Assembly (NCBI RefSeq): GCF_018350175.1
Contig: NC_058368.1
Coordinates: forward strand, 103,790,001 to 103,854,000
From: Felis catus
Lineage: Eukaryota
Direction: 5' to 3'
Length of the DNA stretch: 64,000 nt
Part shown: positions 12,342-24,142 of the stretch, piece after piece
How the letters are laid out: every line of letters begins with the position of its first letter
Numbering within the stretch: position 1 is the first letter of the stretch
Notes under the pieces: model-generated
Databases searched by the model: none
What the model was told of the DNA's origin: nothing
What the model saw: only the letters and a program-made list of their open reading frames with translations
Program-made: the position numbers and the translations under genes

Positions 12342-13775
12342 CACACACACATACACATACACACCCACCCACATGCATATAAATGTACACAGACATACAC
12401 AGATGTATACACACACAGATACACACACACGCATATACACATACACACATATACACAGATATATACACACACGGCTACACACGTGCATATACACATACAC
12501 ACAGACATATGCAGATATACACACATGGATACACACACACATATACCCATACACACAGACATACACAGATATATACACATACATACATGCACAGACATAC
12601 ACAGATACATACACATGGATACACACACGCATATACCCACACACACAGACATACATAGATATATACACACACATATACACATACACATAGACATACACAG
12701 ATATACACACGCACATACACACATACACACATACATACACAGATATACACACACACACAGATATACACAGATTTATACACACACAGATACACTTACCCAC
12801 AGACATACACAGATGTACACACACAGATACACACACATATACACACACCCACAGACATACACACATGGATACACACACGCGCATAAACATATGCACACAC
12901 AGAGATACACAGATACACACACGCATATACACATACACACAGACATACACAGATATACATACACGGATATACACACACATATACACACACACACAGACAT
13001 ATATATACATAGACAGATATAAACACACATACATACACAGATATATACACACATGAATAGACACACATACACAGACACACACAGATTTATACATACAGAT
13101 ACACATGCACATATACACATACAGACATACACAGATATATACATATACACACACACATATATACAAACACACAGAGACATACACAGATATATACACACAC
13201 ATATATACACAGACATATACAGATATACACACATGGATAGACACACACATATACACATACACACAGACATACACAGATATATACACAAACAGATATACAC
13301 ACATACACAGATATATGCACACACGAATATACACACAGACATACATAGATAAATGCACTCACACGGATACACACACACATATACACATGCACACACAGAC
13401 ATACACAGATATATATACACAGACAGATACAGGCATATACACATACACACAGACATACACAGATATACACACATGGATACACACACGCATATACACATAC
13501 ACACACAAACATACACAGATATATATACACACGGATACACACACACATATACACATACACACAGACATACACACACGGATATACACACACATATACACAT
13601 ACACACAGATATATACACACACGGATATACACACATACACAGATATATGCATACACGGATATACACACAGACATACACAGATAAATGCACTCACACGGAT
13701 ATACACACATACACAAATACACACAGGCATACACAGATATATACACCCACAGATACACACACACACACATAAACA
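12342..13775. repeat. Complex (AC/AT)-rich satellite, ~1.4 kb
   Basis: Recurrent acacacagacatacacagatatacacacacggatacacacac...atatacacat modules. Confidence 0.95.
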
Positions 13776-14124
13776 CCAACAAAAAAATATACTAAGGCTT
13801 AGGTTAAAATTCTAAGAATCACAGACCACAGACCCCAGGATTAGCATCCTGAACAAGCAAATGCTATTTGGACAAAGTGAGCGATGTCAGCCCTTGTGAC
13901 CTGCAAAGACACGTGGAAGTATTCGAGCTGCCAAGACGGTGTCCGAAGTCCCGACACAGGGCCAGACAAGCCCAGGCTGGCAGAAAGCGCCTCTGTGGAC
14001 CACTGCCAGGGCAGACTTGTTGCGTGAAAAGTGTTCATCAAAGAACTTAAGCATAAAACTGACAACCAAGGCATTTAAGCTTCTGTTTGTAGCCCCGAAA
14101 CTCACTCCTGGAGTCTTAAATCAC

Positions 14125-14225
14125 CCCCATTGTTTCATCTCTAAATTGGGAATGGCAATGCTTACCTGTCAGGGACGCCGTGAAGATCAGGTAATGATTA
14201 TAAAGTACGCCGGAGCTCGGTATTA
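14125..14225 (+). mobile_element. MIR core fragment
   Basis: gtttcatctctaaattgggaatggcaatgcttacct...gtgaagatcaggtaat resembles MIR core. Confidence 0.55.
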
Positions 14226-14622
14226 AATATTACAGAATACAACACAAGCCAGAATCTGGCCTACAGGTCTCACACGGGCTCCATTCTGCTCACGTCACAA
14301 ATCATGTCACTCTCCCAGGTGTTGCTGATTGCAAAAGATAAAGCCCAGAAATCAGGCTTTACTTCCCACATTTAGGGAAAGTTGTATCTCCCCACAAGAG
14401 CCATGGTGATGGCGGAAAGTGGATACAAAGGATATCCGTCCTTTACGAATGAAGAACAAAAGCACAAAACGAAGTGGGTTTTTCTGGTTCTTACATCAGA
14501 CTGCTTTTCTCAGTCGCTCTCACTCTCATTTTCTCTCTCTCTCCACCCCCTCTCCTCTCCCTTTCCATGCTCCCCTTCTCTTTCCTGCTTTTTCATGCTC
14601 TTGCGTGCATACACTTAATCTT

Positions 14623-15163
14623 TTGTTTTTATTAACTTGTTTGATTTTTTATTTTTTAAAATTAACATCCAAATTAGTCAGCATATAGTGCAACAGTGAT
14701 TTCAGGAGTAGATTCCTTAATGTCCTTTATCCATTTAGCCCATCCCCCCCCCCACACCCGCTCTAGTAACCTTCTGTTTGTTCTCCATATTTTTGAGTCT
14801 CTTATGCTTTGTCCCCCTCCCTGTTTTATATTATTTTTGCTTCCCTTCCCTTATGTTCATCGGTTCTGTGTCTTAAAGTCCTCATACGAGTGAAGTCATA
14901 TGATTTTTGTCTTTCTCTGACTAATTTCACTTAGCACAATACCCTCCAGTTCCATCCACATAGTTGCAAAGGGCAAGATTTCATTCTTTTTGATTGCCAA
15001 GTAATACTCCATTCTGTATATGTATATATATATATATATCACATCTTCTTTATCCATTCATCCGTTGATGGACATTTGGGCTCTTTCCATACTTTGGCTA
15101 TTGTTCATAGTGCTGCTATAAACATGGGGATGCATGTGTCCCTTCGAAACAGCACACCTAATA
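14623..15163 (-). mobile_element. 5'-truncated carnivore/felid L1 3' end
   Basis: ORF2 C-terminal and 3'UTR motifs (ctaatttcacttagc, atccattcatccgttgatggacattt); TSD catacactta(a/t)tctt 14608-14622/15164-15178. Confidence 0.9.
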
Positions 15164-15480
15164 CATACACTTATTCTTAATGGTAACTTCTCAAGCTTAC
15201 TACAGAATAAAGTTTATGTCCCATTTATGCATACCATAACATGTCAGCCCTTCCCAAAGCCCCCACAATCTGGGAATGGGCCGTCACCCTGAGAAGCTGC
15301 ACACCTACAGATGACAAAAAGGTGATAATTTAGTGTAGTCCTGCATCAGATGCTTGAATCCCCTCAATGACATGCATAAATGCCTCCAAGGAGGATGAAC
15401 TCACTCTATTTGCAGCCAGTTCCATTGACAAAATTCTTATTTGGCAGTTGTTTTGTAAGTTGGTGTAAAACCTGTTTCCA

Positions 15481-15687
15481 GGGTGCCCGGGTGACTCAGT
15501 CGGTTAAGCATCCAACTTCAGCTCAGGTCATGATCTCACAGTTCATGAGTTTGAGCCCCACGTCCAGGTCTGTGCTGACAGCTTGGAGTCTGGAGGCTGT
15601 TTTGGATTCTGTGTCTCTCTTTCTCCCTGCCCCACCCCCATCCACACTCTGTCTCTCTCAAAAATAAATAAATGTTAAAAACAAAGT
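15481..15687 (+). mobile_element. Can-SINE
   Basis: Head, body, aaaataaataaatg tail. Confidence 0.92.
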
Positions 15688-15911
15688 CAAATCTCTTTCC
15701 CAATAGTTTTCCTTCTTGTTTTAGTTCTGCATCTTGCAGTCACACAAATATCTGATCCCTTGACTCTTTAAATACCTAATAGCAATTATCTGCTCTGTCA
15801 AAACTCTACAAAGCCTGGCTTAGAATTCTTCAAAGTTTTGCCAACACAGATAGAGCTTACTAGATCTTTAGAAAGGATGACCCTGTTTTCACAGCCACAG
15901 GGTCATTGTAC

Positions 15912-16131
15912 TTTATTTTTATCTTTTAAGTATTTATTTTGAGAGAGAGAGAGAGAGAGAGTGCAAGCAGGGGCGGTGCACAGAGATGGGGGGGTGGGGA
16001 GAGAGAATCCCAAGAAGGATCCACACTGTCAGCACAGAACCTGACAGGGGACTTGAGCTCACGAACCATGAGATCATGACCTGAGCCAAGATCAAGAGTC
16101 AGATGCTCATCTGACAGAGCCACCCAGGTAC
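15912..16131 (-). mobile_element. Can-SINE
   Basis: Reverse head gagccacccagg; flanking ggtcatt repeat. Confidence 0.9.
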
Positions 16132-16529
16132 ATGGTCATTTTTAAAGGTACTGGGATCTTCTTCCACCCTTAAGGGCTTTAGAATTGTGTGTTCTTTATC
16201 GGGGCACGGTGACAAAAGCGAGAAGAACAGAGGGAGCAGGAGTTTCCAGATGCATCACGGACAGCCAGAGACGCACAGATGCGTGCCACAGAGCTTAGCC
16301 ATCGAGTTTGCCCAGCTTGAGCAGAGAGCCTGCATTGTGGGGGAACAGAGACACAGATGGGTGGGGAGACCTGGGGAAAGATGTGAAGAAGAACACAAAG
16401 TTCAAGCACAGGCTGAAACTGGTGAAGTGAGGAATAAAAGTTACAAAAGTCTAGTGTATTTCATTTTCACTTACTGTCTAAGGTTTTCGGATAACATAAA
16501 AGTCACTATTTTGCCAATATTTGGGGAGT

Positions 16530-16670
16530 TTTCTTAAGCACCTACTATTTCAAAGGCAGTGTTCTGGGCACTGAGAACTCGGTGGTGAAGAAGATGGGCA
16601 AAGTCCTTGCCCTCAGGGAATTTACATGTTAAGGACGGACACATACAGCACACAAGTAAGTAAACAGACT
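16530..16670 (-). mobile_element. L2 3' fragment
   Basis: taagcacctactat...aggcagtgttctgggcactgaga...gtccttgccctcagggaatttaca resembles L2 3' end. Confidence 0.55.
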
Positions 16671-16693
16671 ATAGCATAGCACTCTCCAGCTTC

Positions 16694-16824
16694 TTTTTTT
16701 TTTTTTTAAGTAGGCTTCATGCTCAGCACAGAGTCCGACATAGGGCTTGAACTCATGACCCCAAGATCAAGACCCAAGTGGAGATCAAGAGTCCGACACT
16801 CAATTGAGCCACCCAGGCACCCCC
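16694..16824 (-). mobile_element. Short Can-SINE variant
   Basis: T-tail, aagtaggcttcatgctcagc body, gagccacccaggcacccc head. Confidence 0.85.
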
Positions 16825-18349
16825 CCTTTAGCCTCTTTTATCTTTATGTTCTTATTCTACAACGAGCATGATAACAGTTCCTAAAACATAATGGTATTTG
16901 AAGAATTAAATTAGATAACATAAAATGCTAGCATAGCACCTGGCATAAAGTAGTTGCTCAACTAATAATAACTAAGGTTATTATGTAACTTTTGCCATCT
17001 ACCTTTCTTCCTGCGTCGCAAACCCGTAGGGTTTTTCCCAGAAATCTATGGGGAGGAAGAAGTTGGGGAGTTAGACTTTACTGGCTGTCCGGCTCTGTCT
17101 GTTCTGCAGCCAGATGAGTCTTGTGCCAAGTAATTCATACCAAGGGACAGGCTGCTAACCATCATGTCTCTGGAGAAGAGTACAATGGGTAATGATGTTT
17201 CCTCCTGCCCTGTATCCGCTCTTCATTCTGACTTGACCTTGGGAGATGGCCCTTCCCACGTTCAGCCCATTTGTTATCGACGAAGCAAGTCTGATCCAAG
17301 AGTCAAATCTCCCACCTTCCACAATTGTCTGGGGATAGGCACAGTGACAAGGCTTGGCCTCCCAGATACAATCTTCAGTCTGCTGTGCAAGGATCAAGAA
17401 GGGGTGATCATTTTTTACACTGAACTTGAAATAGGGTGAATGTAAACTTGTGTCTCTCTGGGGCCCTTTGTTCAGACAACACAGAGGGATGAAGAGCCAA
17501 AAAGAGAGACAAATGTGGTGAGAGATCTGGGCCCCCTAACGTCACACTTGAAGCCAATGAATATACAAATCAATACATTCCCTTTTTATTTAGGCTGGGG
17601 TTTTTTTATTATTATTATTATTTCAGTTGGAGCTCATAGCTGTTGAGGCTGAAAAAAAAAGGGCTTCTTTCATGTTTAGTTACAAGCGTATCAAATTTTC
17701 CTACAGCGAACATGGCCCAGACTTGGATGGAACAAAAGGTTAAGTGGCTCTTCAGGGAAAGGCTTTCAGTGACTGTTCCAAAGCCATACCAAGTTCAGTG
17801 TCAGGTGGCTAGGGCAGTAGGGGGAAATCCAGGACTGGCCACTAGTTAGCTACCCTCCCCTCTCAGCATCAACCAGGGCAGACCTCCAGAGCTGTGCTTT
17901 TCCATCCAAAAAAGAGGCCCTCCAAGTAATTCAAAGCCATTCCACGATCCCCATGCTCTCCTTCCTCCTTTTGTTTCTGTACTTCCCACCTCCCAATGCC
18001 AATGCCAACACTGGGAGAACCCCCCCAGCCCTCCCTTCCCAGAACTCTCCAAGGCTCTCTGCGCCAGGGTTCTCCTCTCCCTTCTTCTGTCTCTCAAGTT
18101 TACTACTCCCGGCTTTGAACATCAGTGGCCTTTCTTGCTTTCTCAGGTTAGTGAAACTCTACAGAAAGTAAGGAACATCTAGCCCAACATCCACTGAGGA
18201 GAGAAGCTGTAGCTACTTCCCCCAGAGGATCTAAAATCTAAAAACATTCCGACTCTGTAACAGCAAAATTATCTTGACAGCCTAAGCCTGCCTGTTTCCA
18301 TTAGAAATTCCTGTTACTCCTATAAAGGTAAGTTGTACTACATTCTTCA

Positions 18350-18578
18350 TTTTGGTTTTTTTCATTGTTGTTGTTGTTTTAGATATTTTTCAAGTATATT
18401 TATTTGTTTTGAGAGAGACAGAGACGGCGCAAGTGAGGGAGGAGCAGAGAGAGAGAGAGGGAGTGAGAGAACCCCAAGCAGGCTCTGCACTGTCAGCACA
18501 CAGCCTGACATGGGGCTCGAAGTCACCGAACTGTGAGATCACAACCTGAGCCGAAACCGACTGAGCCACCCAGCTGTT
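18350..18578 (-). mobile_element. Can-SINE
   Basis: (GA)n, ccccaagcaggctctgcactgtcagc, gactgagccaccc. Confidence 0.88.
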
Positions 18579-18958
18579 CTTTCATTCTTCGAAAAGTAAG
18601 CCTTGATAGCCTTACCATCTTCCTCTTGACCCTTCCCTAACTTTCATCATCAAGGATTCTCCAAGCCAAACAATTTGCCTCTGGCTCTTGGGGGAAGACA
18701 AGGCACGTGTTTCCGTTCGTGTCTTCACGTTAACAGTATTAATTTCTCTTCTGTAGTGTGGCAACAACTCACCAGATTTTTCTCGGGACTAAAGGAAGCA
18801 CTTCTGAAACAGCCCAGTGTGTTTTGTGCCACCACCATGCTCACCAGGCAACCCCGAGTCCTTCCTTCTGACTTTCTGGTTTCCGGGGTGCCTAGAAATG
18901 ATACGTGAGGTCCCTGGAAAGGAATATCCACCAATGTCGATTAATAAGCTGACATTAT

Positions 18959-19160
18959 GGGGTGCCTAGGGTGGCTCAGTCGGTTTGAATTCAGCTCAGA
19001 TCATGATCTCTTGCTTTATGAGTTCTAGTCCCACATTGGGCTCTCTGCTTTCAGTGTGGAGCCCAATATGGATCCTCTGTCTTCTCTCTCTCTCCTCCCC
19101 TGCTCACTCTCTCTCCCTCTCTCTCTCTCTCTCTCAAAAATAAAATTTAAAAAAATAAAA
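18959..19160 (+). mobile_element. Can-SINE (older, diverged); left arm of composite insertion
   Basis: Head ggggtgcctagggtggctcagtcgg, (CT)n, A tail; only the 5' TSD copy is adjacent. Confidence 0.9.
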
Positions 19161-19213
19161 AGAATCACTAGAATGTTGGCATAATTGTAAAGAAATAGGA
19201 CATTTAAAGGGTA

Positions 19214-19432
19214 GGACGCCTGGATGACTCAGTTGGTTGAGCATCCAACTTCAGCTCAGGTCATGATCTCACAGTTCGTGAGTTCAAGCCCCGCATCAGG
19301 CTCTGTGCTGACAGCTCAGAGTCTGGAGCCTGCTTCAGATTCTGTGTCTCCCTCTCTCTCTGCCCCTCTAGCCACCCCCTGCCCCTGCTCCCTTTCCCTC
19401 TCAAAAATAAATAAATATTGAAAAATAAAAAA
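19214..19432 (+). mobile_element. Felid SINE; right arm of composite insertion
   Basis: Full body; followed by aataagctgacattatg identical to the sequence before 18959. Confidence 0.92.
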
Positions 19433-19628
19433 AATAAGCTGACATTATGATTTACACACCTGTACCTCATGAGTTTAAACACTGTGAGCTAGTGTCTCAA
19501 AAACTGTCAGCCTCTGGATATCTTGTTGGATGAAGTTTCTAGATCGACACAGCTCGGATCAAAGCTTAGATATAATAATTCACCAACACACCACCTCACT
19601 CTATTTGTCCTATTGTATAATTCAGCCA

Positions 19629-19852
19629 GGGGTGCCTGGGTGGCTCAGTCGGTGAAGCCTCCGACCTCAGCTCAGGTCATGATCTCACAGTTCGTGAGTT
19701 CAAGCCCCACGTCGGGCTCTGTGCTGACAGCTCAGAGTCTGGAGCCTGCTTCGGACTCTGTGTCTCCCTCTCTCTCTGCCCCTCACCTGCTCGTGTGCTC
19801 TCTCTGTCTCTCAAAAATGAATAAACATTAAAAATATTAAAAAATAATAATA
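19629..19852 (+). mobile_element. Felid SINE
   Basis: TSD ataattcagcca. Confidence 0.95.
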
Positions 19853-21094
19853 ATAATTCAGCCAGCAGCTCTAGGGGTATCTGTACAAGTCACACAGTTT
19901 TGGGGCCCTGCTGTTGGGACATGGAAGGAAGAATCATGGAAAGTGAATGAGTAAATATCAGCATAAATACTGAACACGATGTCTTATGCCTCTCGCTGTT
20001 GTGGTGCTAAGGTGAGCTTTCCCTGGAGATCCTTCTTCACAAAGAACTTGAGACCTCAATGGGCCCTGATGTTCATGACAAGTGTATACTTCACATTCGT
20101 GTTCTTTTTCTACAGCACCCATCCTCAAAACACTCCCACTGGTCTTTCTTCAGTTTTATTTAAGCTCCTATCTTTGGTTTGCCTTTCTTTCATTTTTCCA
20201 CTTGGATTTATAGTTGCTCTGGTTGTTAAATACAAACGGACTCTGATATAACCCAACAGCTGTTTAACATAAGATAGCTAAGGAACCAACATCTTGACCT
20301 CATCCTGAGGAAAGTCATTGATCCACACCCAGCGGGAGCTGTTTGTTCAATGGGGACAAGAAGTTGGCTGGACAGAGAAGCCATTTGGGAGCAAAGAAAA
20401 ATTAGAACCTCAAATGAGCAAAGATAAGAATTGAGGCACAGATATTGTGTATGGGGGCAGAGGGAGCCCAGGGTACTAGCAAGACTTCTCAACTGGTCAA
20501 GAGGGTTCAGTTTTGACTAACTGGAGATCGTGTTGGATTACCAAGACAAAATGATGTCGCGGAAGCTCTGAAGCTGCCCTGGAAATGTATATTCCACTAC
20601 CAGAGGCAACAGGAACCAACTGCGAGTTCTTGAGAAAAGGATCGACACATTGCTGCTAGAAACGGGAAGTGCGCAATAAACAGGAGAGGTTTGGAAAGAA
20701 TGGGCCTAGAGTAGAAAAGATGCTCAGAGAGCGGTCGCAGTAATCGAGAACCTGGCTTCCTGATGGAAGAAATAAATGGTGTGATTTTTTTTAATATTAA
20801 AAACTATGTAAATATTTTTACATATTTAAAAAAATTTAATATTTAAAAAAATTAGTGTACAGTGTTCAGCTATCTGCGAGAAGAAATCAAAGGTCATTCT
20901 GATGACTCAAACCTAAAACACTGGATGAATGACTGGTACTACACACTGGCCCACCACCCGCAAACATCACCAAAGAGGGGGCTGTGGAAGTTTGCCCGCA
21001 TGCTGCACTCAGCTATGGGTGCAACTTCTCTCGTTGATTCTTTGCAGCATTCATATGCCCATGTAAAAAGGATTGAAGAGATCTCAGAATCTCA

Positions 21095-21312
21095 GAGCGC
21101 CTGGGTGGCCCAGCCGGTCGAGCATCTGACTCTTGATTGCAGCTCAGGTCATGATCTCAGGGTTTGTGAGTTGGAGCCCGGTATCAGGTTCTGCACTAGC
21201 AGTGTAGAGCCTGCTTGGGATTCTCTCTCTCTCTCCCGCTCTCTGCCCCTCCTTTGCTTGTGCTCTCTCTCTCGAAATAAATAAATAAATAAACTTAAAA
21301 AAATTTTTTTTA
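21095..21312 (+). mobile_element. Can-SINE
   Basis: Head, cttgattgcagctcaggtcatg, (CT)n, (TAAA)n. Confidence 0.9.
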
Positions 21313-21496
21313 ATCACTCCAGCCCTGCTATCTAAACTTGAACGTATAGTCATTCTATTTTTAAAAAAATATAAAAGATATCCCAGAATCTCTAATCTAG
21401 TGTTTTACTATGTTGTGTCCATGAAGAATGTACTCTCAGACAGACGTGGATGGTAAGGAAATGAAGGGCTTTTTTTCCTCTCTATATATATGTAGA

Positions 21497-21694
21497 GTGT
21501 TTCGTTTGTTTAATGTGAGAGACAGAGAAAGAGAGAGAGAGAGAGCAGGGGAGGGGCAGAGAGAAAGGGAGACAGAGGATCCCAAGCAGGCTCCATGCTG
21601 TCAGTGCAGGGCTCAAACTCATGAACTATAAGATCATGACCTGAGCCAAAACCAAGAGTTGGATGCTTAACACACTGAGCCACCCCAGGGCCCC
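21497..21694 (-). mobile_element. Can-SINE
   Basis: (GA)n, cccaagcaggctccatgctgtcag, reverse head. Confidence 0.88.
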
Positions 21695-21930
21695 TTGTTT
21701 GTTCATTTTAAATGACAAACCTATTTAAACACAGTGAGATCGATGTGTTAGCGCATCTACAAATAAGTAAATAAAGTATATATGTTCTCTGCATAATCGA
21801 ATGGGGGTAGGAATGATTTCAGATCCTGTATACTATTTAGACATTTTCCCTATGTCATCTCTAGAGAAATTTTTTGGAGTAATCTCAAAAAAATTGCTTG
21901 AAAAGTAACATTTCACTAAAAGGCACTTTC

Positions 21931-21954
21931 CTTCTTCTTCTTCTTCTTCTTCTT
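21931..21954. repeat. (CTT)n microsatellite
   Basis: Trinucleotide run. Confidence 0.9.
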
Positions 21955-23222
21955 GTCAAGAGTGTTAAAATAAACACTATACTTTGAGCAGATAAATAAT
22001 CATTCCAAGAGACAGAAAAGACTCTTGACATTTTTACAATAACAGGTTATTAATATAATTCACTGTGGCTGAAAGCATGTAGGATACATTTATAATGCAA
22101 GCTGAATAAAGGTTAAGTATATTTTGTGTTTTATTCTGCATCCAACATAAATATCTGTCATACCAAAAAACCCTAGAATAGACATAAGAACTTTCTTAGA
22201 TATCTATGATTCTCAGAAGATGAGCCATTGAAAAAGTCTCCTGTTTTTTCCTCTTGATATGAAATTCCATATCAAGTAGATCTAGAAGCCAAGACTGAAA
22301 CAAGAAAAAATTCATAATCAATCTCCAAGGTAATGTCTGCAAAGAATCGCCCTGGACACCCCAACAACACAATCCCACATCAGAATGGCATCGCTTAACG
22401 CTCTCGCAATCAACTCTCTGAGAATAAGTAATCTAGGAAATCTGTGCTGTCTCTTCCGACAAAGCCACGGTTCTTGGTTTGGTTTTGTTTGTTTTCTTCT
22501 GGGCAGTTACTCAAGAAGAACATGAACAAAGAAAAGTGTATGTCTTGAAAAATACGGAACATCGGCTCCCTTCTTCTGAAAATAACTCTTTAGAATTCTC
22601 AAGACGTTGTGATCTTCAATTAAAATGAAACCAGAGGTTATTTATATCAATGAGGTTTCTAAAAAATAAGCACGATGATGATGACAGAAAGATTGGGCCT
22701 TCCTACTAAAAAAACATTTACGGGCTAAAGAGTCTGAAGGCAAGTGGCTCTTGGTTCCGGAAGAACATCTTTGTTCACTGTCAAATCCTAAGTACATGTG
22801 AATATATGTGTCTCAGCATAATGGCATACGCTTCCCATCCACTAAAGGAGAGATTTACAAAAGATATTTATTTTCTGAAAAGACTCTGTACTTTATAAAA
22901 GGATACACCATAGGTTTCCTTTAAAAAGCATACTCCCTGCTGGGTTTAAAATTAGTCAATTTACAAAAATGTGAATTGGCCACAATTCTTCAGAAATGTA
23001 TTTGCAGCCTAAAGCATGGCACCCTTACTGAAAACTGCAGGTCTGAATATTAGGTCTCATGAAACATTTATTTCAGGATCTTCAGTAAAATGAAACAGCA
23101 TTTAGAGTTAATAATCATTGGCTTGGATCATTAACCTGGCATATGACAAAACAACTCCTGAAATCTTCAGTTCTCCTTCTGCAAGCAGTGGCTGCTCCCT
23201 GCCATTCACAAACACAATCTGC

Positions 23223-23398
23223 CTTTTTCTAATGTTTATTTATTTATTTTCAGAGAGAATGAGCGGGGGAGGAAGAGAGAGAATCTCAAGCAGGCCCTGC
23301 ACTGTCACTGCAGAGCCCGATGCAAGGCTCGAACTCATGAACTGTGAGATCATGACCGGAGCCAAAATCAAGAGTCAGATGCTTAACCAACTGAGCCT
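23223..23398 (-). mobile_element. Can-SINE, first ~15 nt missing
   Basis: Tail tttatttatttattttc; ends ccaactgagcc without cccaggcgcccc. Confidence 0.85.
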
Positions 23399-23579
23399 AT
23401 CTTAGAACATAAGAAGGACAGACCTCCCCTTAACTCTGGACTCTTTTTGGCTCCTACAATAGGCCATGGATGTCCAGCCCCGTTCTCACTTCCTGCCACC
23501 CCCCAGTCCAGGGCTATGCTGTTCCTCTAGACCCTCTCCCCCACCCACACTGCTTTCCTCCCAGCTCTCAGCTCATTTC

Positions 23580-23820
23580 TTCACGATGCCATCACTGACA
23601 CCACCCCAGACTGGATCCCTCGCATATTTTCTCATAGCTACGTGTACTTTTTCTTCACAGCACTTGTCCAGAGTTTGTATCTAAATAACTAGGCTTATTT
23701 GATAAATGTCTGTCTTCCCCATTCTATGCTTCCTGAAGCAGAGACCGTCTGTTTTGCTGATTATTTCATTTCACTGCCTGGTGCCAGGCAATAGCATACA
23801 GTGGACTGAATGAGTGAGTT
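23580..23820 (+). mobile_element. L2 3' fragment
   Basis: aatgtctgtcttcccc...gcttcctgaagcagagaccgtctgttttg...tgaatgagtgag resembles L2 3' terminus. Confidence 0.55.
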
Positions 23821-23851
23821 CTACTCCCTCCTCAATTTTCTTCACCATTTT

Positions 23852-23889
23852 TTTCATTTTTTTTTAGACTGAGTATAGTTGGCACATAA
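23852..23889 (-). mobile_element. Extremely 5'-truncated L1 (3' terminal ~40 bp)
   Basis: T-run + tgagtatagttggcaca (reverse of carnivore L1 terminus); TSD tttcttcac(c/t)atttt 23837-23851/23890-23904. Confidence 0.55.
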
Positions 23890-23904
23890 TTTCTTCACTA
23901 TTTT

Positions 23905-24142
23905 TTTATTCTACTTTTTCTTTTTAGAGAGAGAGAGAAAGAGACTGTGCATGTGAGCAGGGGAGGGGGCAGAGGGGGAGACAGAGAGAGAGAGAAAGAG
24001 AGGGAGAGAGAGAGAGTCTTAAGCAGGGTCTATGCCCAGTGGGTCCATGCCCAACACAGTGTTCAGTCTCACGACCATAAGATCACGACCTGAGCAGAAA
24101 TCAAGAGTCATTTGTTCAACTGACCGACCCACCGAGGCACTC
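23905..24142 (-). mobile_element. Can-SINE
   Basis: TSD ttcactattttt. Confidence 0.88.

Noticed and set aside
12065..13815. Many long ORFs (up to 359 aa) rich in C/V/Y/M or H/T/I
   Set aside because: They are translations of the (AC/AT) satellite, which rarely produces stops; open in nearly all frames on both strands.
22675..22737. C box (ATGATGA) ... D box (CTGA) pair; similar at 43284-43334
   Set aside because: Too short, no convincing terminal stem or rRNA guide, and antisense to the inferred host strand.
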